Position numbers and translations under genes: made by a program. From NCBI GenBank assembly GCA_040954595.2, contig JBECUI020000050.1:1-61939 (forward strand): a stretch of DNA of 61,939 bases, in the 5' to 3' direction. The notes beneath the pieces are model-generated. The model was not told the DNA's origin and made no database searches. It was given only the letters and a program-made list of their open reading frames with translations. This document shows, piece by piece, positions 1 to 11,111 of the stretch; positions within the stretch are counted from its first letter, which is position 1; every line of letters begins with the position of its first letter. The DNA is from Balanoglossus misakiensis. Taxonomy: Eukaryota; Animalia; Hemichordata.

Positions 1-3000
1 TCAAAAATCGAGGATTTTTCGACTTTGCGAATTTTGAAAATTTCGTCATTTTTTGAAAAAAATCATTGGTTATAGCTCAGGAAAATCGTCCAAAACGAAG
101 ATTTTTCGACTTTGCGAATTTTGAAAATTCGGTCATTTTTTGAAAAAATCATGGGTTATAGCTCAGGAAAATCGTCCAAAAACGAAGATTTTTCGACTTT
201 GCGAATTTTGAATATTTGGTCATTTTTTGAAAAAATTATGGGTTATAGCTCAGGAAAATCGTCAAAAATCGAGGATTTTTGGACTTGGCGAATTTTGAAA
301 ATTTGGTCATTTTTTGAAAAAATCATGGGTTATAGCTCAGGAAAATCGTCAAAAATCGAGGATTTTTGGACTTTGCGAATTTTGAAAATTTGGTCATTTT
401 TTGAAAAAATCATGGGTTATAGCTCAGGAAAATCGTCAAAAATCGAGGATTTTTGGACTTTGCGAATTTTGAAAGTTTGGTCATTTTTTGAAAAAATCAT
501 GGGTTATAGCTCAGGAAAATCGTCAAAAATCGAAGATTTTTGGACTTTGCGAATTTGAAAGTTTGGTCATTTTTTGAAAAAATCATGGGTTATAGCTCAG
601 GAAAATCGTCAAAAATCGAAGATTTTTCGACTTTGCGAATTTTGAAAATTCGGTCATTTTTTGAAAAAATCATGGGTTATAGCTCAGGAAAATCGTCAAA
701 AATCGAAGATTTTTCGACTTTGCGAATTTTGAAAATTCGGTCATTTTTTGAAAAAATCATGGGTTATAGCTCAGGAAAATCGTCAAAAATCGAGGATTTT
801 TCGACTTTGCGAATTTTGAAAATTTGGTCATTTTTTGAAAAAATCATGGGTTATAGCTCAGGAAAATCGTCAAAAATCGAGGATTTTTCGACTTTGCGAA
901 TTTTGAAAATTTGGTCATTTTTTGAAAAAAACATGGGTTATAGCTCAGGAAAATCGTCAAAAATCGAGGATTTTTCGACTTTGCGAATTTTGAATATTTG
1001 GTCATTTTTTGAAAAAATCATGGGTTATAGCTCAGGAAAATCGTCAAAAATCGAGGATTTCTGGACTTTGCGAATTTTGAAAATTTGGTCATTTTTTGAA
1101 AAAATCATGGGTTATAGCTCAGGAAAATCGTCAAAAATCGAAGATTTTTCGACTTTGCGAATTTTGAAAATTTGGTCATTTTTTGAAAAAATCATGGGTT
1201 ATAGCTCAGGAAAATCGTCAAAAATCGAGGATTTTTCGACTTTGCGAATTTTGAAAATTTGGTCATTTTTTGAAAAAATCATGGGTTATAGCTCAGGAAA
1301 ATCGTCAAAAATCGAAGATTTTTCGACTTTGCGAATTTTGAAAATTTGGTCATTTTTTGAAAAAATCATTGGTTATAGCTCAGGAAAATCGTCCAAAAAC
1401 GAAGATTTTTCGACTTTGCGAATTTTGAAAATTCGGTCATTTTTTGAAAAAATCATGGGTTATAGCTCAGGAAAATCGTCCAAAAACGAAGATTTTTCGA
1501 CTTTGCGAATTTTGAAAATTCGGTCATTTTTGAAAAAATCATGGGTTATAGCTCAGGAAAATCGTCAAAAATCGAGGATTTTTCGACTTTGCGAATTTTG
1601 AAAATTTGGTCATTTTTTGAAAAAAACATGGGTTATAGCTCAGGAAAATCGTCAAAAATCGAGGATTTTTCGACTTTGCGAATTTTGAATATTTGGTCAT
1701 TTTTTGAAAAAATCATGGGTTATAGCTCAGGAAAATCGTCAAAAATCGAGGATTTTTGGACTTTGCGAATTTTGAAAATTTGGTCATTTTTTGAAAAAAT
1801 CATGGGTTATAGCTCAGGAAAATCGTCAAAGATCGAAGATTTTTCGACTTTGCGAAGTTTGAAAATTCGGTCATTTTTTGAAAAAATCATGGGTTATAGC
1901 TCAGGAAAATCGTCAAAAATCGAGGATTTTTCGACTTTGCGAATTTCGAAAATTTGGTCATTTATTGAAAAAATCATGGGTTATAGCTCAGGAAAATCGT
2001 CAAAAATCGAGGATTTTTCGACTTTCCGAATTTTGAAAATTTGGTCATTTTTTGAAAAAATCATGGGTTATAGCTCAGGAAAATCGTCAAAAATCGAGGA
2101 TTTTTCGACTTTGCGAATTTTGAAAATTTGGTCATTTTTTGAAAAAATCATGGGTTATAGCTCAGGAAAATCGTCAAAAATCGAGGATTTTTCGACTTTG
2201 CGAATTTTGAAAATTTGGTCATTTTTTGAAAAAAATCATTGGTTATAGCTCAGGAAAATCGTCCAAAACGAAGATTTTTCGACTTTGCGAATTTTGAAAA
2301 TTCGGTCATTTTTTGAAAAAATCATGGGTTATAGCTCAGGAAAATCGTCCAAAAACGAAGATTTTTCGACTTTGCGAATTTTGAATATTTGGTCATTTTT
2401 TGAAAAAATTATGGGTTATAGCTCAGGAAAATCGTCAAAAATCGAGGATTTTTGGACTTGGCGAATTTTGAAAATTTGGTCATTTTTTGAAAAAATCATG
2501 GGTTATAGCTCAGGAAAATCGTCAAAAATCGAGGATTTTTGGACTTTGCGAATTTTGAAAATTTGGTCATTTTTTGAAAAAATCATGGGTTATAGCTCAG
2601 GAAAATCGTCAAAAATCGAGGATTTTTGGACTTTGCGAATTTTGAAAGTTTGGTCATTTTTTGAAAAAATCATGGGTTATAGCTCAGGAAAATCGTCAAA
2701 AATCGAAGATTTTTGGACTTTGCGAATTTTGAAAGTTTGGTCATTTTTTGAAAAAATCATGGGTTATAGCTCAGGAAAATCGTCAAAAATCGAAGATTTT
2801 TCGACTTTGCGAATTTTGAAAATTCGGTCATTTTTTGAAAAAATCATGGGTTATAGCTCAGGAAAATCGTCAAAAATCGAAGATTTTTCGACTTTGCGAA
2901 TTTTGAAAATTCGGTCATTTTTTGAAAAAATCATGGGTTATAGCTCAGGAAAATCGTCAAAAATCGAGGATTTTTCGACTTTGCGAATTTTGAAAATTTG

Positions 3001-6000
3001 GTCATTTTTTGAAAAAATCATGGGTTATAGCTCAGGAAAATCGTCAAAAATCGAGGATTTTTCGACTTTGCGAATTTTGAAAATTTGGTCATTTTTTGAA
3101 AAAAACATGGGTTATAGCTCAGGAAAATCGTCAAAAATCGAGGATTTTTCGACTTTGCGAATTTTGAATATTTGGTCATTTTTTGAAAAAATCATGGGTT
3201 ATAGCTCAGGAAAATCGTCAAAAATCGAGGATTTCTGGACTTTGCGAATTTTGAAAATTTGGTCATTTTTTGAAAAAATCATGGGTTATAGCTCAGGAAA
3301 ATCGTCAAAAATCGAAGATTTTTCGACTTTGCGAATTTTGAAAATTTGGTCATTTTTTGAAAAAATCATGGGTTATAGCTCAGGAAAATCGTCAAAAATC
3401 GAGGATTTTTCGACTTTGCGAATTTTGAAAATTTGGTCATTTTTTGAAAAAATCATGGGTTATAGCTCAGGAAAATCGTCAAAAATCGAAGATTTTTCGA
3501 CTTTGCGAATTTTGAAAATTTGGTCATTTTTTGAAAAAATCATGGGTTATAGCTCAGGAAAATCGTCAAAAATCGAGGATTTTTCGACTTTGCGAATTTT
3601 GAAAATTTCGTCATTTTTTGAAAAAAATCATTGGTTATAGCTCAGGAAAATCGTCCAAAACGAAGATTTTTCGACTTTGCGAATTTTGAAAATTCGGTCA
3701 TTTTTTGAAAAAATCATGGGTTATAGCTCAGGAAAATCGTCCAAAAACGAAGATTTTTCGACTTTGCGAATTTTGAATATTTGGTCATTTTTTGAAAAAA
3801 TTATGGGTTATAGCTCAGGAAAATCGTCAAAAATCGAGGATTTTTGGACTTGGCGAATTTTGAAAATTTGGTCATTTTTTGAAAAAATCATGGGTTATAG
3901 CTCAGGAAAATCGTCAAAAATCGAGGATTTTTGGACTTTGCGAATTTTGAAAATTTGGTCATTTTTTGAAAAAATCATGGGTTATAGCTCAGGAAAATCG
4001 TCAAAAATCGAGGATTTTTGGACTTTGCGAATTTTGAAAGTTTGGTCATTTTTTGAAAAAATCATGGGTTATAGCTCAGGAAAATCGTCAAAAATCGAAG
4101 ATTTTTGGACTTTGCGAATTTGAAAGTTTGGTCATTTTTTGAAAAAATCATGGGTTATAGCTCAGGAAAATCGTCAAAAATCGAAGATTTTTCGACTTTG
4201 CGAATTTTGAAAATTCGGTCATTTTTTGAAAAAATCATGGGTTATAGCTCAGGAAAATCGTCAAAAATCGAAGATTTTTCGACTTTGCGAATTTTGAAAA
4301 TTCGGTCATTTTTTGAAAAAATCATGGGTTATAGCTCAGGAAAATCGTCAAAAATCGAGGATTTTTCGACTTTGCGAATTTTGAAAATTTGGTCATTTTT
4401 TGAAAAAATCATGGGTTATAGCTCAGGAAAATCGTCAAAAATCGAGGATTTTTCGACTTTGCGAATTTTGAAAATTTGGTCATTTTTTGAAAAAAACATG
4501 GGTTATAGCTCAGGAAAATCGTCAAAAATCGAGGATTTTTCGACTTTGCGAATTTTGAATATTTGGTCATTTTTTGAAAAAATCATGGGTTATAGCTCAG
4601 GAAAATCGTCAAAAATCGAGGATTTCTGGACTTTGCGAATTTTGAAAATTTGGTCATTTTTTGAAAAAATCATGGGTTATAGCTCAGGAAAATCGTCAAA
4701 AATCGAAGATTTTTCGACTTTGCGAATTTTGAAAATTTGGTCATTTTTTGAAAAAATCATGGGTTATAGCTCAGGAAAATCGTCAAAAATCGAGGATTTT
4801 TCGACTTTGCGAATTTTGAAAATTTGGTCATTTTTTGAAAAAATCATGGGTTATAGCTCAGGAAAATCGTCAAAAATCGAAGATTTTTCGACTTTGCGAA
4901 TTTTGAAAATTTGGTCATTTTTTGAAAAAATCATTGGTTATAGCTCAGGAAAATCGTCCAAAAACGAAGATTTTTCGACTTTGCGAATTTTGAAAATTCG
5001 GTCATTTTTTGAAAAAATCATGGGTTATAGCTCAGGAAAATCGTCCAAAAACGAAGATTTTTCGACTTTGCGAATTTTGAAAATTCGGTCATTTTTGAAA
5101 AAATCATGGGTTATAGCTCAGGAAAATCGTCAAAAATCGAGGATTTTTCGACTTTGCGAATTTTGAAAATTTGGTCATTTTTTGAAAAAAACATGGGTTA
5201 TAGCTCAGGAAAATCGTCAAAAATCGAGGATTTTTCGACTTTGCGAATTTTGAATATTTGGTCATTTTTTGAAAAAATCATGGGTTATAGCTCAGGAAAA
5301 TCGTCAAAAATCGAGGATTTTTGGACTTTGCGAATTTTGAAAATTTGGTCATTTTTTGAAAAAATCATGGGTTATAGCTCAGGAAAATCGTCAAAAATCG
5401 AAGATTTTTCGACTTTGCGAATTTTGAAAATTTGGTCATTTTTTGAAAAAATCATGGGTTATAGCTCAGGAAAATCGTCAAAAATCGAGGATTTTTCGAC
5501 TTTGCGAATTATGAAAATTTGGTCATTTTTTGAAAAAATCATGGGTTATAGCTCAGGAAAATCGTCAAAAATCGAAGATTTTTCGACTTTGCGAATTTTG
5601 AAAATTTGGTCATTTTTTGAAAAAATCATTGGTTATAGCTCAGGAAAATCGTCCAAAAACGAAGATTTTTCGACTTTGCGAATTTTGAAAATTCGGTCAT
5701 TTTTTGAAAAAATCATGGGTTATAGCTCAGGAAAATCGTCCAAAAACGAAGATTTTTCGACTTTGCGAATTTTGAAAATTCGGTCATTTTTGAAAAAATC
5801 ATGGGTTATAGCTCAGGAAAATCGTCAAAAATCGAAGATTTTTCGACTTTGCGAATTTTGAAAATTCGGTCATTTTTCGAAAAAATCATGGGTTATAGCT
5901 CAGGAAAATCGTCAAAAATCGAAGATTTTTCGACTTTGCGAATTTTGAAAGTTTGGTCATTTTTTGAAAAAATCATGGGTTATAGCTCAGGAAAATCGTC

Positions 6001-6420
6001 AAAAATCGAAGATTTTTCGACTTTGCGAATTTTGAAAGTTTGGTCATTTTTTGAAAAAATCATGGGTTATAGCTCAGGAAAATCGTCAAAGATCGAAGAT
6101 TTTTCGACTTTGCGAATTTTGAAAATTCGGTCATTTTTTGAAAAAATCATGGGTTATAGCTCAGGAAAATCGTCAAAAATCGAAGATTTTTCGACTTTGC
6201 GAATTTTGAAAATTCGGTCATTTTTTGAAAAAATCATGGGTTATAGCTCAGGAAAATCGTCAAAAATCGAAGATTTTTCGACTTTGCGAATTTTGAAAAT
6301 TCGGTCATTTTTTGAAAAAATCATGGGTTATAGCTCAGGAAAATCGTCAAAAATCGAAGATTTTTCGACTTTGCGAATTTTGAAAATTCGGTCATTTTTT
6401 GAAAAAATCATGGGTTATAG
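1..6420 (+). repeat. Satellite block A: tandem array of an 87-bp monomer (~74 copies, truncated by the window start)
   Basis: The consensus ATGGGTTATAGCTCAGGAAAATCGTCAAAAATCGAGGATTTTTCGACTTTGCGAATTTTGAAAATTTGGTCATTTTTTGAAAAAATC repeats head-to-tail, visible as a 29-aa periodicity in the ORF track. Diagnostic variants recur at fixed offsets (higher-order structure). Confidence 0.98.
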
Positions 6421-6935
6421 CCCATGATTTTCATCAAAAAATCACAATTTTCCGACTTTTTTAATTTTCAAAATTTGGCCATTTTTCACAAAAATCATGG
6501 GTTATAGCCCATGATTTTCATCAAAAAATCACAATTTTCCGACTTTTTTAATTTTCAAAATTTGGCCATTTTTCACAAAAAACATGGGTTATAGCCCATG
6601 ATTTTCATCAAAAAATCACAATTTTCCGACTTTTTTAATTTTCAAAATTTGGCCATTTTTCACAAAAATCATGGGTTATAGCCCATGAAAATCATCAAAA
6701 AATCACAATTTTCCGACTTTTTTAATTTTCAAAATTTGGCCATTTTTCACAAAAATCATGGGTTATAGCCCATGATTTTCATCAAAAAATCACAATTTTC
6801 CGACTTTTTTAATTTTCAAAATTTGGCATTTTTTCACAAAAATCATGGGTTGTAGCCCATGATTTTCATCAAAAAATCACAATTTTCCGACTTTTTTAAT
6901 TTTCAAAATTTGGCCATTTTTCACAAAAATCATGG
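6421..6935 (+). repeat. Satellite block B: ~6 copies of a diverged 87-bp variant, same orientation as block A
   Basis: Unit CCCATGATTTTCATCAAAAAATCACAATTTTCCGACTTTTTTAATTTTCAAAATTTGGCCATTTTTCACAAAAATCATGGGTTATAG. Copies start at 6421, 6508 and onward (87-bp period). It shares the GACTTT, AAAATTTGG and AAAATCATGGGTTATAG landmarks with block A. Confidence 0.95.
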
Positions 6936-6938
6936 CTA

Positions 6939-9712
6939 ATGATTTTTTCAAAAATCGGCCAAATTTTGAAATTCCGCAAAGTCGAAAAATTCTCATTTTG
7001 GGATGATTTTCATGAGCTATAACCCATGATTTTTTCAAAAATCGGCCAAATTTTGAAATTACGCAAAGTCGAAAAATTCTCATTTTGGGATGATTTTCAT
7101 GAGCTATAACCCATGATTTTTTCAAAAATCGGCCAAATTTTGAAATTCCGCAAAGTCGAAAAATTCTCCTTTTGGGATGATTTTCATGAGCTATAACCCA
7201 TGATTTTTTCAAAAATCGGCCAAATTTTGAAATTCCGCAAAGTCGAAAAATTCTCCTTTTGGGATGATTTTCATGAGCTATAACCCATGATTTTTTCAAA
7301 AATCGGCCAAATTTTGAAATTCCGCAAAGTCGAAAAAATTCTCATTTTGGGATGATTTTCATGAGCTATAACCCATGATTTTTTTCAAAAATCGGCCAAA
7401 TTTTGAAATTCCGCAAAGTCGAAAAATTCTCATTTTGGGATGATTTTCATGAGCTATAACCCATGATTTTTTCAAAAATCGGCCAAATTTTGAAATTCCG
7501 CAAAGTCGAAAAATTCTCATTTTGGGATGATTTTCATGACCCATGATTTTTTCAAAAATCGGCCAAATTTTGAAATTCCGCAAAGTCGAAAAATTCTCAT
7601 TTTGGGATGATTTTCATGAGCTTTAACCCATGATTTTTTCAAAAATCGGCCAAATTTTGAAATTCCGCAAAGTCGAAAAATTCTCATTTTGGGATGATTT
7701 TCATGAGCTTTAACCCATGATTTTTTCAAAAATCGGCCAAATTTTGAAATTCCGCAAAGTCGAAAAATTCTCATTTTGGGATGATTTTCATGAGCTATAA
7801 CCCATGATTTTTTCAAAAATCGGCCAAATTTTGAAATTCCGCAAAGTCGAAAAATTCTCATTTTGGGATGATTTTCATGAGCTATAACCCATGATTTTTT
7901 CAAAAATCGGCCAAATTTTGAAATTCCGCAAAGTCGAAAAATTCTCATTTTGGGATGATTTTCATGAGCTATAACCCATGATTTTTTCAAAAATCGGCCA
8001 AATTTTGAAATTCCGCAAAGTCGAAAAATTCTCATTTTGGGATGATTTTCATGAGCTATAACCCATGATTTTTTCAAAAATCGGCCAAATTTTGAAATTC
8101 CGCAAAGTCGAAAAATTCTCATTTTGGGATGATTTTCATGAGCTATAACCCATGATTTTTTCAAAAATCGGCCAAATTTTGAAATTCCGCAAAGTCGAAA
8201 AATTCTCATTTTGGGATGATTTTCATGAGCTATAACCCATGATTTTTTCAAAAATCGGCCAAATTTTGAAATTCCGCAAAGTCGAAAAATTCTCATTTTG
8301 GGATGATTTTCATGAGCTATAACCCATGATTTTTTCAAAAATCGGCCAAATTTTGAAATTCCGCAAAGTCGAAAAATTCTCATTTTGGGATGATTTTCAT
8401 GAGCTATAACCCATGATTTTTTCAAAAATCGGCCAAATTTTGAAATTCCGCAAAGTCGAAAAATTCTCATTTTGGGATGATTTTCATGAGCTATAACCCA
8501 TGATTTTTTCAAAAATCGGCCAAATTTTGAAATTCCGCAAAGTCGAAAAATTCTCATTTTGGGATGATTTTCATGAGCTATAACCCATGATTTTTTCAAA
8601 AATCGGCCAAATTTTGAAATTCCGCAAAGTCGAAAAATTCTCATTTTGGGATGATTTTCATGAGCTATAACCCATGATTTTTTCAAAAATCGGCCAAATT
8701 TTGAAATTCCGCAAAGTCGAAAAATTCTCATTTTGGGATGATTTTCATGAGCTATAACCCATGATTTTTTCAAAAATCGGCCAAATTTTGAAATTCCGCA
8801 AAGTCGAAAAATTCTCATTTTGGGATGATTTTCATGAGCTATAACCCATGATTTTTTCAAAAATCGGCCAAATTTTGAAATTCCGCAAAGTCGAAAAATT
8901 CTCATTTTGGGATGATTTTCATGAGCTATAACCCATGATTTTTTCAAAAATCGGCCAAATTTTGAAATTCCGCAAAGTCGAAAAATTCTCATTTTGGGAT
9001 GATTTTCATGAGCTATAACCCATGATTTTTTCAAAAATCGGCCAAATTTTGAAATTCCGCAAAGTCGAAAAATTCTCATTTTGGGATGATTTTCATGAGC
9101 TATAACCCATGATTTTTTCAAAAATCGGCCAAATTTTGAAATTCCGCAAAGTCGAAAAATTCTCATTTTGGGATGATTTTCATGAGCTATAACCCATGAT
9201 TTTTTCAAAAATCGGCCAAATTTTGAAATTCCGCAAAGTCGAAAAATTCTCATTTTGGGATGATTTTCATGAGCTATAACCCATGATTTTTTCAAAAATC
9301 GGCCAAATTTTGAAATTCCGCAAAGTCGAAAAATTCTCATTTTGGGATGATTTTTATGAGCTATAACCCATGATTTTTTCAAAAATCGGCCAAATTTTGA
9401 AATTCCGCAAAGTCGAAAAATTCTCATTTTGGGATGATTTTCATGAGCTATAACCCATGATTTTTTCAAAAATCGGCCAAATTTTGAAATTCCGCAAAGT
9501 CGAAAAATTCTCATTTTGGGACGATTTTCATGAGCTATAACCCATGATTTTTTCAAAAATCGGCCAAATTTTGAAATTCCGCAAAGTCGAAAAATTCTCA
9601 TTTTGGGACGATTTTCATGAGCTATAACCCATGATTTTTTCAAAAATCGGCCAAATTTTGAAATTCCGCAAAGTCGAAAAATTCTCATTTTGGGATGATT
9701 TTCATGAGCTAT
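6939..9712 (-). repeat. Satellite block C: ~32 copies of an 87-bp variant in inverted orientation, highly homogeneous
   Basis: The reverse-complement unit ATGGGTTATAGCTCATGAAAATCATCCCAAAATGAGAATTTTTCGACTTTGCGGAATTTCAAAATTTGGCCGATTTTTGAAAAAATC aligns ungapped to the block A consensus with 13 differences in 87 (manual alignment). Confidence 0.98.
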
Positions 9713-9929
9713 TTTTCAAAAAAATGAAGAAATTTTGATATTTCGCAAAGTCGAAAAATTGTCATTTTTGGATGATTTTCATGAGCTATAACCCATGGGT
9801 TTTTCAAAAAAATGAAGAAATTTCGAGAATGAAAAATGTCAAAAACCGGCCAAAACACCAAATTTCAAAACAAATTTCGACAACCGATTCCATAGTCTAC
9901 ACATAGTCTATCGTCAATAGAGCTAAAAA
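9713..9929 (-). mobile_element. Degenerate satellite tail and candidate element terminus (Helentron/DINE-like non-autonomous element end, tentative)
   Basis: About 1.5 decayed monomers are followed by unique sequence. On the minus strand it begins TTTTTAGCTCTATTGACGATAGACTATG, a T-run plus AGCTC start and a short inverted repeat (TCTAT/ATAGA). This resembles non-autonomous Helentron 5' ends as I recall them. No library search was possible. Confidence 0.3.
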
Positions 9930-11111
9930 CTACAAGACAAGATCATTGAAAATACGAGTTTTATATGTACATAGTTTTTGTATGATTAGGAATATTTTTT
10001 GATACAACTACATGTATGTTCAAACTCTGATATACAAATACAGCAGTAGGTCAAATCAGTGATAAAGAAGGATTAAATGATAGAAAAATCTAGTGTCTTT
10101 GATGTATAGAAAAAATGTGACATCTGAATCCATGAGTACAATAACTTTCGTTGAAACAATTCAAAATACAGATGTTGTACAAAGGACACTGGAATTTCAC
10201 AGAGCTCAAATATTCAGGAATTTTAAGTTGTCAAAAAATTGAAAAGGTTATCTTCAACTGTTTCTATCTTGTTTCGTTTAAAATTATTTCAGTTCGTGAT
10301 ATTTTATAAATTTACAATTGATTCATCACATCGTCCTGCTAAAAAAGTACTGATAATTTTCTGTGCACATCTGATGTTTTAAACGAAAAAAAAAAGCTTA
10401 GCTTGTAATAAAATATTATCTTCTCAGATAAACATTAGAATTTGAAGATAAAAATTCAGATCCGATAAAAAGTCTATGCATTACTCGATCATTGTATCGT
10501 AGACGAATTCATTTGATAATGCGGCACTTTTGTTGCTTGCACAGCGCCACCACGAGGGACACGGGATATGCTTTCTTTCCCGCAACACGTTAGGTGATGA
10601 CGTCACTCTGAGCCGCATTCTGTGATTTAGCTGCCATTTTGGTAAAAACATTCACAAAGTTAAATTCCAGTTTAAGAAAGAGCTGCCTCAATATATTGAG
10701 AGTAAGCTTACTAAGAGTACATGTATATTTGAAATCATATTGAGATGCATGATCCCTTTTGATACAAAATACGCCAAGTGTTTAAAAAACTAAAATAAGT
10801 TTGGGATTTGGGGCACAAAAGTCGATATTGACAATTCTCGGTTACAAATTCGTTTGACTGAAAGATCGAACCAAGTAGTCGTAAATGTATTGAATTTAAA
10901 CTTTGGGATTGGAAACTGTGGCCAATGTCTAAGCAGTCTGCAAATGCTTGAAAAGAAATCAACAGGTACTTTCTGAAAGCCTATCGAAAATAACACTGAA
11001 GTCAACTGCACATCATCACTTTCGGTGTCACGTGGGTTACCTGCTTAAGGTGAGAGAGCAACATTGTCTCGAAAGTCTGCAAAATATTTACATCTAGGGT
11101 GAGTTATATAT

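Noticed and set aside
112-9688. Long ORFs (up to 723 aa) made of 29-aa repeats
   Set aside because: These are a by-product of an 87-bp (3n) monomer. The open frame differs between block A (MGYSSGK...) and block C (SWVIAH...), each being closed by a stop in the other block. Frameshifting 1-bp indels are tolerated and amplified.
1-9712. CRISPR-like array
   Set aside because: There are no unique spacers, monomers are contiguous, no cas genes are present, and the context is eukaryotic with a spliced gene.
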